Positions 36,385-49,910 of a DNA stretch of 64,000 nt are shown here, piece after piece. How positions within the stretch are numbered: position 1 is the stretch's first letter; each line of letters starts with the position of its first letter. Origin of the DNA: Mobula hypostoma (Eukaryota). The position numbers were made by a program, and so were the translations under genes. The stretch covers positions 9,548,001 through 9,612,000 of the forward strand of contig NC_086110.1 of assembly GCF_963921235.1 (NCBI RefSeq), in the 5' to 3' direction. Below the pieces are notes generated by a model, which worked only from the letters and a program-made list of their open reading frames with translations, had not been told where the DNA came from and made no database searches.

Positions 36385-38230
36385 GAACATAGACCATAGA
36401 ACACTATAGCAGACTACAGGCCCTTCGGCCCACAATGTGGGCCACCCCTAAAACCCTGCCTCCCCTATAACCCCCCATTTAAATTCCTCCATAAACCTGT
36501 CTCGTAGTCTCTTAAATTTCACTAGTGTATCTGCTGCCACCACTGATTCAGGCAGTACATTTCAAGCACCAAACACTCTCTGAGTAAAATAGCTTCCTCT
36601 AATATCCCTCTTGAACTTCCCACCCCTTACCTTAAACCCATGTCCTCTAGTATTGAGCAGTGGTGCCCTGGGGAAGAGGCCCTGGCTGTCCACTCTATTC
36701 CTCTTAATATCTTGTATAACTCTATCATGTCTACTCTCATCCTTCTTCTATCCAGAGAGTAAAGCCCTAGCTCCCTTAATATCCGATCATAATACATACT
36801 CTAGAAACCGGGCAGTATCCTGGTAAATATCTTCTGTACCCTTTCCAATGCTCGCACATCCTTCCTATAGTGAGGCGACAACAACTGGACACTGCACTCC
36901 AAGTGTGCCCTAACCAAAGTTTCATAGACCTGCATAATTACCCCGCTACTCTTAAACTCTATCCCTCGACTCAGGAAAGCTAACACTCTATAAGCTTTCT
37001 TAACTATTCTATCTACCTGTGAGGCAACTTTCAGGGATCTGTGGACATGTACCCCCAGATCCCTCTCCTCCTCCACTCTTCCAAGTATCCTCCATTTACT
37101 TTGTACTCTGCCTTGGAGTTTGCCCTTCCAAAGTGTACAACCTCACCATTCTCCGGGTCGAACTACATCTGCCACTTCTGAGCCCACTTCTGCATCCTAT
37201 CAATGCCTCTCTGCAAGCTTCGACAATTCTCTACACTATCCACCGCACCACCAACCTTTGTGTCGTCTGGAAATTTGCCAACCCACCCTTCTACCCCCAC
37301 ATCCAGATAGTTAATAAAAATCACGAAAAGTAGAGGTCCCAGAACCGATCGTTGTGGGACACCACTAGTCACAAACCTCCAATCCGAATGTACTCCCTCC
37401 ACCATGACAATTCTGAAACCATCTGGCCAAACTTCCCTGGATCCCATGCCTTCTGACTTTCTGAATGAGCCTATCGTGTGGAACCTTGTCAAATGCCTTA
37501 CAAAAATCCATGTACGTCACATCCACTGCACTACCCTCATCTATATACCTGGTCACCTCCTCAAAGAACTCTGTCACGCTTGTTAGACACGATCTGCCCT
37601 TCACAAAGCCATACTGACTGTCCCCGGTCAGACCATGATTCCCTAAATGCCTTTAGATCCTACCTCTAAGAATCTTTTCCAACACTTTTCCCACCACAGA
37701 CGTAAGGATCACTGGTCTATAATTACCCGGACTATGCCTACTAACTTTTTTGAACAAGGGGACAGCATTCGCCTCTCTCCAATCCTCCGATACCATTCCC
37801 ATGGACAACGAGTTCATAAAGATCCTAGCCAGAGGCGCAGCAATCTCTTCCCTCGCCTCGTGGAGCAGCCTGGGGAATATTCCGTCAGTTCCCGGGGACT
37901 TATCCGTCCTAAAGTATTTTAACAACTCCAACACCTCCTCTCCCTTAATATCAACATGCTCCAGAACATCAACCTCACTCATATTATCCTCACTATCAGG
38001 TTCCCTCTCATTTGTGAATACCGAAGAGAAGTATTAATTGAGAATCTCGCTCACTTCCACAGCTTCCAGGCACATCTTCCCATCTTTATCTCTTATCTGT
38101 CCTATCTTCACTTTTGTTCTTCACATAATTGAAGAATGTCTTCGGATTTTCCTTGACCCTACTAGCTAAAGTCTTCTCATGCCCCCTTCTTGCTCTCTTC
38201 GGCCTCTTTTTAAGCTTCTTTCTTTCTACC
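36385..38230 (-). mobile_element. CR1 LINE with deletions
   Basis: ORFs 36801..37076, 37163..37492, 37365..37604 and 37653..37982; tail at about 36385. Confidence 0.88.
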
Positions 38231-38899
38231 CTAGATTTGGACACCTGTCCACCTAGCCCGGGTGCGAGTTTTCTTTGCTGTATGCACCAAGCCGATTTAA
38301 TGCCATCGGGAAGGGCTGTGGGCTGTGCGGCCCCAGTGTGTCGCTATGTCGGGATCCAGCTCCTAGAGCGAGTCACTACCCAGCACATGGACCAGATCAG
38401 ATTGTTGGCCTTTGTATTTCTTTTTCCCTTGCCCTACTCATTTTCCTTCGTACCCATGCCTCAGCATGTGTGGGTTTAGAAGGTTCAAACATTTCCGATG
38501 CCTTTTTGGGATTCACCGGTACAGTGAGACATCACAGTTTGAAGCTTCTGGTCCTGGATGGTCCCGCTCTAATGCTGTTCCATACACCCCTTGGAATACA
38601 GTCCATATACTCGATGCAAATACAGTGGGATGTTCATCTCTGGTAACCTTTGGCTGGCGTCTGTACCGCTTCTCCTCTGTTGACATCCATAACAGTCATT
38701 ATTGTGTTTTACAGTTCCTCACTTATGCCCTCACCATGTAATTGAATATCGGGCAAGCCTAAGTATATATTTGGATATAAACATATTATAATTAATTTCC
38801 TTTCCTCAGAGTCATATAGGCCATGTAATACTCACTGATGACTAGTTGCTTGGAATGTTACTAGCTACTCTCTAGCATCTGTCTCTTGCCATTCCCTCT

Positions 38900-39350
38900 C
38901 CTGAATGTTACCCACTATCTGTCTTCCCAGACCCCGGTGTAACTACCTGCCTATAGCTCCTCTCCATCTCCTCCTCACTCTCCCTGACCAGATGAAGGTC
39001 AACGAGCTGCATCTCGAGTTCCCTAACACAGTCCCTGAGGAGTTGCAGCTCGACACACCTGGTGCAGCTGTGGCCATCAGGGAGACTGGGAGTCTCTAGG
39101 ACCTCCCACATCTGACACAGAGCACAGAAAACCTGCCTCACACGCATCCTTTCTGTCTGTATTCTACACAGATAAGCTATCTCGCCTCGACCCTTTGTCG
39201 CCGAATCCTCGTTGAGCCAAAGTCTTCCAACTCTGCCTCCCTCTACTCCGACGCCCACTGTATAAATCTATCTTCTTCTTAAACTCTTCTCGCTGTTCTC
39301 ACTGGCAGACCTCCACGCGCTTGCGGAGTCTTCCCCCGTTGAAACCGCTG
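38900..39350 (-). mobile_element. CR1 ORF1 N-terminal Cys-rich/coiled-coil fragment
   Basis: VFCALCQMWEV...CTRCVELQLLRDCVRELE (38908..39258). Confidence 0.75.
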
Positions 39351-40544
39351 AAGATATAACCCGAGGCCAGCTCTTTGCGCAGATTATGGTAGGTGTGTTG
39401 AACATACTGCCTAGGCATTTGTAGAGGTAGATATATTAGGGGTATTTCAGAACCCCTTAGATACGTGCATAGATCATAAAATGGAGGATTATGTAGCAGA
39501 GAGGGATTAGATGGATCTTAGAGTACGTAATGGGGCCAGCACATCATCGTGGGCTGAAAGGCGTTTACTATGTTGTAATGTCTATACTCTGTGTTCTATA
39601 TTCTATATGATAGTGTATGCAATCAACTTTTTCATTGCACCTGTGCACACGTGCACTTGTGTATACTTGAAAATAACCTTGATTTTGAACTTGGGAGTGA
39701 ATGACCTGATTCTGTGCTGCAATATGTTGACAGGTTTGATAATTTCACAGGTACAGATTTTAACATTTGGCTTCCGTGTATGTGATAACATCGTGTAAAT
39801 TATATGACAGAGTTTGTTCTGAAGAAAGAGGGGTGCTGTTTCTCAGGTGAATCAACAGCCTATTGATCCGTCTCATGCAGGATATAGTGTACAAATCTCA
39901 AGGACAGCGGAGTGGTACAGTATGAAGAGAAGATGCCTCAAGGCACCAAACACCTGGGTAAAACCTAATCTTGAGCACAGTCTTTGTTTCTCTCTTTTCT
40001 GTCCGTTATGTCACTGGTATGCAAGGCAGCAAAAACGTCTTCCATCTCTGCTGGTGTTAGTGACTTCCTTCATCATGTCGGTTTTCACTAGCACTTGTCA
40101 CACAAGTTCCGGATGGAGACTCAAGAATTCGATCATACATAGATGTAGAAAGATTCTTCAATAATGTTTCTGTAACATTTTTGTTTTAGTAGTCAGTGTC
40201 GTTATCCCTGAGTTGAGGCCCCAAACCTGGAGGACCGCTAGACCACTCTTAGTCTGGACTCTACGTGTGTAACCCTCACCGCTGTTCGTACACATACTCG
40301 GACAGTAAGCTAACACTGCTAGCAACCACGCGACCCAGAGGTGAGAAGGCCATCTTTCATGAATTATGTACATCCAGCGTCAGTATGGTTTGGGGTTCAA
40401 CCACACAGGAGCAGTGAGAATTCTGATTAAATGAATCTCGATTTGAGCGAATATTGCCCATGCACAATTATCATTTGGCAATAAATAACAGATCTTAAAC
40501 CGTATAAAATTATGAAGAAAGTATATTTACCAATTTCGGCTTTA

Positions 40545-42510
40545 GAAACATAGAAACATACAGCACAATACAGGCCCTTCTGCCCACAAAGCTGTGCCAA
40601 GCATGTCCCAACTTTAGAACTACCTAGGCTTTACCCATAGCCCTCTATTCTTCTAAGCTCCATGAGTCTGTTAAAAAAACACCCTATAATTTCCGCCTCC
40701 ACCACCGCCGCCGGCAGCCCATTCCACGCACTCAACACTCTCTGCGTATAAAAATTACCCCTGACATCTCCTCTGTATCAACTTCAAACCACCTTAAAGC
40801 TGTGCCCTCTGATGCTAACCATTTCAGCCCTGAGGAAAAGCCTTTGACAGTGAGAATGCGTGTGTGGAACCGGAGGAAATAGCAAAGGTACTTAATGAAT
40901 ACTTTACTTCAGTATTCACTATGCAAAAGGATATTGGTGATTTTGTGATGACTTGCAGCGGACTGAAGATCTTGAGCATGTAGATATTAAGAAAGAGGAT
41001 GTGCTGGAGCTTTTGAAAAGCATCAGGTTGGATAACTCGTTGGGACCTGATGAGATGTACCACAGGCTACTGTGGGAGGCGAGGGAGGAGGTCGCTCAGC
41101 CTCCGGCGATGATCTTTGCATCATCAATGGGGACGGGAGAGGTTCCGGAGGATTGGAGGGTTGCGGACGTTGTTCCCTTATTCAAGAAAGGGAGTTGAGA
41201 TAGCCCAGGAAATTATAGAACAGTGAGTTTTACTTCAGTGGTTGGTAAGTTGATGGAGAAAATCCTGACAGGCAAGATTTATGAACATTTGGAGAGGTAT
41301 TATATGAACAGGAATAGTCAGCACGACTTTGTCAAGGGCAAGTCGTGCCTTACGAGCCTGATTGAATTTTTGAAGACATTGATAAAGGACAGGCAGTAGA
41401 TGTAGTGTATATGAATTTCAGCAAGACATTTGATAAGGTATCCCATGCAAGGCTTATTGAGAAAGTAAGGAGGCATGGGATCCAAAGGGACATTGTTTTG
41501 TGGATCCAGAACTGGCTTGCCCACAGAAGACAAAGAGTGGTTGTTTACGGGTCATATTCTGCATGGAGGTCGATGACCATGGTGTGTCTCAGGGATCTGT
41601 TCCGGGACCCTTACCCTTCGTGATTTTTGTAAATGACCTGGATGAGGAGGTGGACGGATGGGTTAGTAAGTTTGCTGATGTCACAAAGGTTAGGGATGTT
41701 GTAGATAGTGTGGAGGGCCGTCAGAGGTTACAGCAGGACATTGATAGGATGCACAACTGGGCTGAGAAGGGGCAGATGGAGTTCAACTCAGATAAGTGTG
41801 AACTGGTTCATTTTGGTAGGTCAAATATGATGGCGGAAAATAGTATTAATGGTGAGATACTTGGCAGTGTGGAGGATCAGAGGGTTCTCCACAGGAAGCT
41901 CAAAGCTGCTGCGCAGGTTGACTCTGTGGTTAAGAAGGCATACAGTGTAACTATATACGACCCTGGTCAGACCCAGCTGGAATAATGAGTTCATTTCTGG
42001 TCCTCACGACAGGAAGGATATGGAAACCATAGAAAGGGTGCAGAAGTGATTTACAAGGTTGTTCCCTGCATTGGGGAGCATACCTTATGAAAACAGGTTG
42101 AATGAGCTCGGCTTTTCTCCTTGCAGCGACGGAGGATGAGAAGTGCTCTGATAGAGGTGTAAAAGATGATGAGAGGAATTGATCGTGTGGATAGTCAGAG
42201 GCTATCTCCCAGGGCTAAAGTGGTTGCCACAAGAAGGCACAGGTTTAAGGTACTGGAGAATAGGTACAGAGGAGATATGTTTTATGCAGAGAGACGTGAG
42301 TGTGTGGAATGGGCTGCTGGCAACGGTGGTAGATGCGGATACGATAGGGTCTATTTAGAGACTTTTGGATAGGTACGTGGAGCTTAGAAACATAGAGGGC
42401 AATGGGTAACACCAGTAATTTCTACGGCGGGGACATGTTCGGCACATCTTTGCGGGCCGAAGGGCCCGTATTGTGCTGTAGGTTTTCTATGTTTCTATGT
42501 TTCCATGTTT
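40545..42510. mobile_element. CR1 fragments: minus-strand tail (40545-40850) and plus-strand RT-to-tail (40850-42510)
   Basis: YMNFSKTFDK and KFADVTKV motifs; tails at 40545 and about 42490. Confidence 0.85.
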
Positions 42511-42599
42511 ATCCCACGATCAATGTCTCTCATTATCTTGTACACCTCTCATCCTCCGTCGCTCCAATGAGAAAAAATCGAGCTCAATCAACCTATTCT

Positions 42600-45500
42600 T
42601 CGGCAGTTTGAACGGGGCACGACTGCGCAAGCGCATGAAAGTCGGCTCATGAAACAGCGGAAGAGTTTAAAAAATGAGTAGATAACGGAGCGGGCGACGT
42701 AGTAGTGGGAGACAGAGTAGGAAGGCTTTGCCTCGATAGGGTTCGGCGATCAGAGGCTGAGGACGAGCCTGCTCCCAGTGAGATAAGGCCGGGTAAGTTC
42801 CTTTAATTACTCGAATTAACATCGGAGTAGGTAATGGAAGCAGCAGTTAGGGCAGTCGAGTTCACTGTTTGCAGTATGTGGGACGTCAGGGCGAGCGCAA
42901 TTTTCCCTGTTGACTACAACTGTAAAAAGGTGCATCTAACTGCAGCTCCTCACAAACAGAGTTAGGGAACTGGAGCTGAAGCTGGATTATTCGTGAGGCA
43001 GAGGCAGAAATAAACAAGATTTACAGGGCGATAGTCACCCCTAAAAGTCAGGAGACAGGTAGCTGGGTGACGATCAGGAGAGGGAACGGGAATAGACAGA
43101 GTGAACCGTTCCCATCAATAATAAGTATACCATTTTGGATACAGTTGGTGGGGAAGACCTAGCAGGGACAAGTTGCAGTGGTTGTGTCTCTGGCACCGAG
43201 AATGGACCCTCAGCTCAGAAGGGAAGAAAGGAAGAGAGGAGAGCAGTAGTGATAGGGGATTCGATAGTTAGGGAGACAGATAAGAGGTTCTGTGGAAGAA
43301 ACCGAGAATCCCGGATGGTCTGTTGCCTCTCTGGTGCCAGGGTCCGCGATATCTCGCATCGAGTTCAAGGTATTCTCCAGAGGGAAGGTGAGCAACCGGA
43401 TGTCGTGATCCATGTAGGGACCAATGACGTGGACAGGAAGAAGGAGGAGGTCCTGCAAAGAGAATTTAGGGAGTTAGTTGCAAAGTTGAAGGACAGGACT
43501 TCCAGGGTTGCAATCTCAGGATTGCTACCAGTGCCACGTGCTAGTGAGGCAAGAAATAGGAAGATAATGCAGTTAAATACGTGGCTAAGGAGTTGGTGCA
43601 GGAGGGAGGACTTCATGTTTCTGGACTATTGGGCTTGGTTACAGGGAAGGTGGCACCTGTTCCGACGGGATGGGTTGCACCTGAACTGGAGCGGGACTAA
43701 CATCCTTACGGGAAGATCTGCTAGTGCTGCCCCGGGGGGTTTAAACTAGATTTGCAGGGGGATGGGAACCAGAGTGTTAGAGCAGATAGTAAGGTGGAGG
43801 AGGATGAAGATCATGTGAGAACTGCAGGTATAGTGCATGGAGTAAAGCCAGATCTAACCTATAAAGAGGATTTGAGGAAAAAGAAACACAATAAAGGGTG
43901 TAACGTTAGTAAGGTAGAAGGGCTAAAGTGCGTGTACTTCAATGCAAGAAGCATCAGGAACAAAAGTGATGAACTGAGAGCTTGGTTACATACATGGAAT
44001 TATGGTGTAGTGGCCATTACAGACACTTGGCTGGCACCAGGGCAGGAATGGATTTTCAATATTCCTGGATTTCAGTGCTTTAGAAGGGATAGAGAGCAGG
44101 GGGAGGGGAGGAGGGTGGCATTACTGGTCAGGGATATTGCTACAACTACAGAAAGGGCGGGTAATGTAGCAGGATCCTGTTTTGAGTCAGTATAGGTGGA
44201 AATAAGGAACAGGAAGGGAGCGGTTACTCTAGTGGGAGTATTCTATAGGCCCCCTGGTAGCAGTAGAGATGCCGAGGAGGAGATTGGGAGTAAAATTTTG
44301 GCAAAGTGGGTGACTTTAACTTCCCGAATATTGATTGGCACCTGATTAGTTGCAATGGTTTAGACGGGGCAGAGTTTGTTAAGTGTGTCCACGACGGATT
44401 CCTGTCACACTATGTTGACAGGCCGACTAGGGGGAATGCCATACTCGATCTAGTATTAGGTAATGAATCGGGTCAGGTCACAGGTCTCTCAGTGGGTGAG
44501 TATCTGAGGGATAGTAACCACCGCTCCCTGGCCTTTAACATCGAAAAGGATATGATCAGAGAGGACAGGAAAATTTTTATTTGGGGAAGGGCAAATTATG
44601 AGGCTATAAGGCTAGAACTTGCGGGTGTGAATTGGGATGATGTTTTTGCAGGGAAATGTACTATGGATATTTCGTCGATGTTTCGGGATCTCTTGCCGGA
44701 TGTTAGAGATAAATTTGTCACGCTGAGGAAAAGAATGGTAGGGTGAAGGAACCATGGGTGACAAGTGAGTTGGAGAATCTAGTCAGGTGGAAAAAGGCAG
44801 CATACATGAGGTTCAGGAAGCAAGGATCCGATGGGTCTATTGAGGAATATAGGATAGCAAGAAAGGAGCTTAAAAAGGAACTGAGGAGACCAAGAAGGGA
44901 GCATGAGAAGGCCATGGTGAGTAGGGTATAGGAAAACCACAAGGCATTCATCAATTACGTGAAGAGCACAAGGATGACAGGAGTGAAGATAGGACTGATT
45001 AGAGATAAAAATGGGATGATGTGCCAGGAGGCTGTGGAAATGAACGAGGTCCTCAATGAATACCTATCTTCGGTATTTATCAGCGAGAGGGAAATTGATG
45101 ACGGTGAAGACACTATGAGTGAGGTTGATGTTCTAGAACATATTGATATTAAGGGAGAGGAGGTGTTGGAGTTGTTAAAATACATTAGGACGGGTAAGTC
45201 CCCGGGCACTGACGAAATATTCCCCAGGCTGCTCCACGAGGCAAAGGAAGAGATTGCTGAGCCTCTGGCTAGGATCTTTATGTCCTCGTCCTCCAGGGGA
45301 ATGGTACCAGAGAATTGGAGTGAGGCGAATGTTATTCCCTTGTTCAAAAAAGGTAGTAGGGATAGTCCGGGTAATTATAGACCAGAGAGCCCTGCGTCTG
45401 TGGTGGGAAAGCTGTTGCAAAAGATTCTTACAGATAGGATCTATGGGCATTCAGAAAATCTTGGTCTGATCAGGGTCAGACAGCATGGCTTTGTGGAGGG

Positions 45501-47234
45501 CAGATCGTGTCTAACAAGCCTGACAGAGTTCTTTGAGGAGGTGACCAGGCATATAGATGAGGGTAGTGCAGTCGATGTGATCTATATGGATTTTAGTAAG
45601 GCATTTGACAAGGTTCCACATGGTATGCTTATTCACAAAGTCAGAAGGTATGGGATCCAGGGAAGTTTGGCCAGGTAGATTCAGAATTGGCTTGCCTGCA
45701 GAAGGCAGAGGGTCGTGGTGGAGGGATTACATTCAGATTGGAGGATTGTGACTAGTGGTGTCCCACAAGGATCTGTTCTGGGACCTCTACTTCTCGTGAT
45801 TTTTATTAACGACCTGGATGTCGGGGTAGAGGGGTGGGTTGGCAAATTTTCAGACGCCACAAAGGGTGGTGGTGTTGTAGATAGTGTAGAGGATTGACAA
45901 AGATTGCAGAGAGTCATTGATAGGATGCAGAAGTGGGCTGAGAAGTGGTAGATGGAGTTCAAACCGGAGAAGAGTGAGGTGGTACACTTTGGAAGGACAA
46001 ACTCCAAGGCAGAGTACAAAGTAAATGGCAGGATACTTGGTAGTGTGGAGGAGCAGAGGGATCTGGGGGTACATGTCCACAGATCCCTGAAAATTGCCTC
46101 ACAGGTGGATAGGGTACTTAAGAAAGCTTATGGGGTGTTAGCTTTCATATGTCGAGGGATAGAGTTTAAGTGTCGCGATGTAATGATGCAGCTGTATAAA
46201 ACTTTGGTTAGGCCACACTTGGAGTACTGTGTCCAGTTCTAGTCGCCTCACTATAAGAAGGATGTGGAAGCATTGGAAAGGGTACAGAGAAGATTTACCA
46301 GGATGCTGCCTGGTTCAGAGAGTATGCATTATGATCAGAGGTTAAAGGAGCTAGGGCTTTACTCTTTGGAGAGAAGGAGGATGAGAGGAGACATGATAGA
46401 GGTGTACAAGATAATAAGAGGAATAGATAGAGTGGATAGCCAACGCCTCTTCCCCAGGGCACCACTGCTGAATACAAGAGGACATGGCTTTAAGGTAAGG
46501 GGTGAGAAGTTCAAGGGGGATATTAGAGGAAGGTTTTTTACTCAGAGAGTGGTTAGTCCGTGGAATGCACTGCCTGAGTCAGTGGTGGATGCAGATACAC
46601 AAGTGAAGATCAAGAGACTACTAGACTGGTATATGGAAGAATTTAAGGTGTGTGTGTGGGGGGGTGGGGTGTTATATGGGAGGCAGGGTTTGAGGGTCGG
46701 CACAACATTGTGGGCCGAAGGGCCTGTACTGTGCTGTACTATTCTATGTTCTATGTTCTGTGAAAGGGTACAGAGGAGAGTTACCAGGATGCTGCCTGGT
46801 TTAGAGAGTATGCATTATCATCAGAGATTAAGGGAGCTAGGTCGTTACTCTCTGGAGAGAGAAAGGATGAGAGGAGACATGATAGAGGTATACAAGATAA
46901 TAAGAGGAATAGATAGAGTGGACAGCCAGCGCCTCTTCCCTAGGGCACCACTGCTCAATACAAGAGAACATGGCTTTAAGGTAAGGAGTGCGAATTTCAA
47001 AGGGGCTATTAGAGGAAGGTTTTTCACTCAGAGAGTGGTTGGTGTGTGGAATGCACTGCCTGAGTCAGTGGTGGAGGCCGATACACGAGTCAAATTTAAG
47101 AGACTACTAGACAGGTATGAGGAGGAATTTAAGGTGGGGGTTTATATGGGAGGCAGAGTTTAAGGATCGGCACAACCTTGTGGGTCGAATGGTCTGTACT
47201 GTGCTGTACTGTTCGATGTTCTATGTTCTATGTT
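42600..47234 (+). mobile_element. Near full-length CR1 LINE (5'UTR, ORF1 Cys-rich + SGNH esterase, ORF2 APE + RT) with a tandemly duplicated 3' end; inactivated
   Basis: ORF1 ATG at 42834, VIGDSIV...VHVGTND...DGLHL; ORF2 CVYFNARS, GDFNFP, YMDFSKAFDK; TSD CTATTCT at 42593-42599 and 47235-47241; several stops and frameshifts. Confidence 0.92.
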
Positions 47235-49910
47235 CTATTCTCATAAGGCATGCTCCCTAATCCAGGCAACATCCTTGTAAATCTCCTCTGCACCTTTTTT
47301 TCTGGTTTCCACGTCATTCCTATACTGAGGCGACCAGAATTGAGCACAGTTCTCCACGTGGGGACTGACCAGTGTCCTATATAGGTGCAACATTAACTCT
47401 CGGCTCTTAACCTCAATCCCACAATTGATGAAGTCCAATGCAACGTATGCCTTCTTAATCACAGAGTGAACCTGCGCAGCACCCTTGAGTATCCTATAGA
47501 CATGGACCCCACGATTCCTCTGATTCTCCACAATGCCAAGAGTCTTACCATTAATGTTATATTCTGCCATCATATTTGACCTTCCAAAATGAACATTCTG
47601 AAACTTACCTGGGTTGATCTCCAACTTCTTCTTCTCAGCCCAGTTTTGCATCCTGTCAATGTACATCTGACAGCCCTCCACGCTATCCAGAACACACTCA
47701 ACCTTTCTGTCATCAGCAAATTTACTAACCCATCCCTCCACTTCCTCATCCAGGTTATTTATAAAAATCACAAAGAGTCTGGGTCCCAGATCAGATCCCT
47801 GAGAAACACTCCTGGTCACCGGCCTCCATACAGAATATGACCCATCTACAACCACTGTGCGATACAGTTCTGGATCCACAAAGCAATGGCCCCTTGGATC
47901 CCATGTCTACTTGCTTTCTGAACAAGCCTTGCATGGGGTACCTTATAGAATGCCTTGCTGAAATCCATATACACTGCATCTACTGCTCTTCTTTCATCAA
48001 TGTGCTTAGTCACATCCTCAGAAAATTCGATCAGGCTCGTAAGGCACGACCTGCCTTTGACAAAGCCATGCTGACTATTCCTAGTCATATAATGCCTCTC
48101 CAAATGTTCATAAATCACAGGATCTTCTCCATCAACTTACCACTACTGAAGTAAGACTCACTGGCCGATAATTTCCTGGGCAATCCCTACTCCCTTTCTT
48201 GAATAAGGGAAAAACATCCGCAACCCCCCAGTCCTCCGGAACCTCTCCCGTCCTCATTGATGATGCAAAGATCATTGCCAGAGATGAGCAATCTCCTCTC
48301 TTGCTTCCCACAGTAGCCTGGGGTGCATCTCATCCGGTTCCGGAGACGTTTCCAACTGTGTGCTTTCCAAAAGCTCCACCAAATCATTTTTCTTGTATCA
48401 AAATTCTCAAACTTTTCAGTCCACTAAAACAGCGGTCCCCAACCATGTTAGCAAAGCATGTGCTACCGTGCCGCGAGGAAACGATATGATTTGGTGATAG
48501 GAGTCAGCTGCACCTTTCCTCATTCCCCGTCACGCCCACTGTTGAGCTTGAACGCACGCGTCATCCACGTCAGCGCGGGAAGAAGATCAGCTCCCCGAGC
48601 TTGCAAATGACGGCGGACTGTAAAGTATGTTGGACATAACATCTCTGCCGGCATTCCGGATCAAAGTCAAGGCTAAATATCTTGAGATAGCCACGAAAGC
48701 ACTGAAAACGTTGCTTCCATTTCCAACATATCTCTGCAATGAATGCAACGAAACCTAAATTGCGGAATAGAACGGACACAAGGAACCCCGTTCGAGTATC
48801 GCTGTCTCCTATCACCCCTCAATAGGAACGTCTTGTTGCAGGAAAACAAGCCCAGGGCTCCCACTGATTCAGCGATATTGGTGTGTTGCAATGATTTTAT
48901 ATGTTCATACGGGGAAAATATGTGCTGTGTGTTTAATATCCAAACGTTACTTAAAATGTTATGATGCTATTGACTTATATAACCATATAACAATTACAGC
49001 ACGGAAACAGGCGATCTCTGCCCTCCTAGTCCGTGCCGAACGCTACTCTCACCTAGTCCCACCGACCTGCACTCAGCCCATAACCCTCCATTGCTTTCCT
49101 GCCCATATAGCTGTCCAATTTTTCTTTAAATGATAATACCGAACCTGCCTCTACCACTTCTACTAGAAGTTCGTTCAACACTTACTTCAAGCTCCTTGTC
49201 CTCCCCTGATAATTGACTTATCACTATATTCGTGAGAGGAAAATATGCGCTGTGTGTTTAATATTAAATTCGTTAGGTAAACCCTTTTAGAAACGAAATT
49301 GAGTGTATTAGCCAGTTATCACCTATATTGCGTTCGTGATTAATACCCCACCCCGGACCAGAATCGCCAATAACGAATTATAGAAAAAAAATCGGCACGT
49401 ACACACATGCGCACATCACACATTCGCACTGGTGCCCGCGCAAGGCTTAATGGTCATTGTAGTCTTTTTCGGGGTAAACCCAACATATTTGACTGCTACT
49501 CTTGTTCATTGGCAACCCTACCACCACCCCCCACCCCCTGATCGGCCGGTCCGCAAAAATATTGTCAATATGAAACCGGTCTGCAGTGCGAAAAAGATTG
49601 GGGACCCCTGCACTAAAAGTTATCCCCATAATTGCGAAGATCCTTTTCCATAGTGAATTCTGAAGAGAAGTATTCATTAAGTACCTCCACTATTTCCTCC
49701 GGTTTCATACACACTTTTCCATTGTCACACTGAATTGGTTCTATTCTCTCACGTCTTATCCTCTTCCTCTTCACGTACTTGTAGAATGCCTTGTGGCGTT
49801 CCTTAATCCTGTCCGCCAAGGGCTTCTCATGGCCCCTTCTGGCTCTCCCAATTTCATTCTTAAGCTCCTTCCTGCTAGCCTTATAATTTTCTGGATTCAT
49901 AGTATTACCT
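47235..49910 (-). mobile_element. Older CR1 LINE, continuing at 42515-42599, split by the full-length CR1 and by a hAT element
   Basis: ORFs 47241..47879, 47846..48118 and 49613..49900; sequence joins across both insertions. Confidence 0.85.
48430..49610 (+). mobile_element. Non-autonomous hAT (Charlie/Buster-type) element
   Basis: TIRs cagcggtccccaacc / gattggggacccctg; 8-bp TSD CACTAAAA at 48422-48429 and 49611-49618; transposase C-terminal remnant ending KQAQGSH*. Confidence 0.9.

Noticed and set aside
46264-47163. 299-aa ORF as a novel gene
   Set aside because: It is two tandem copies of the CR1 ORF2 C-terminus joined through the 3'UTR.
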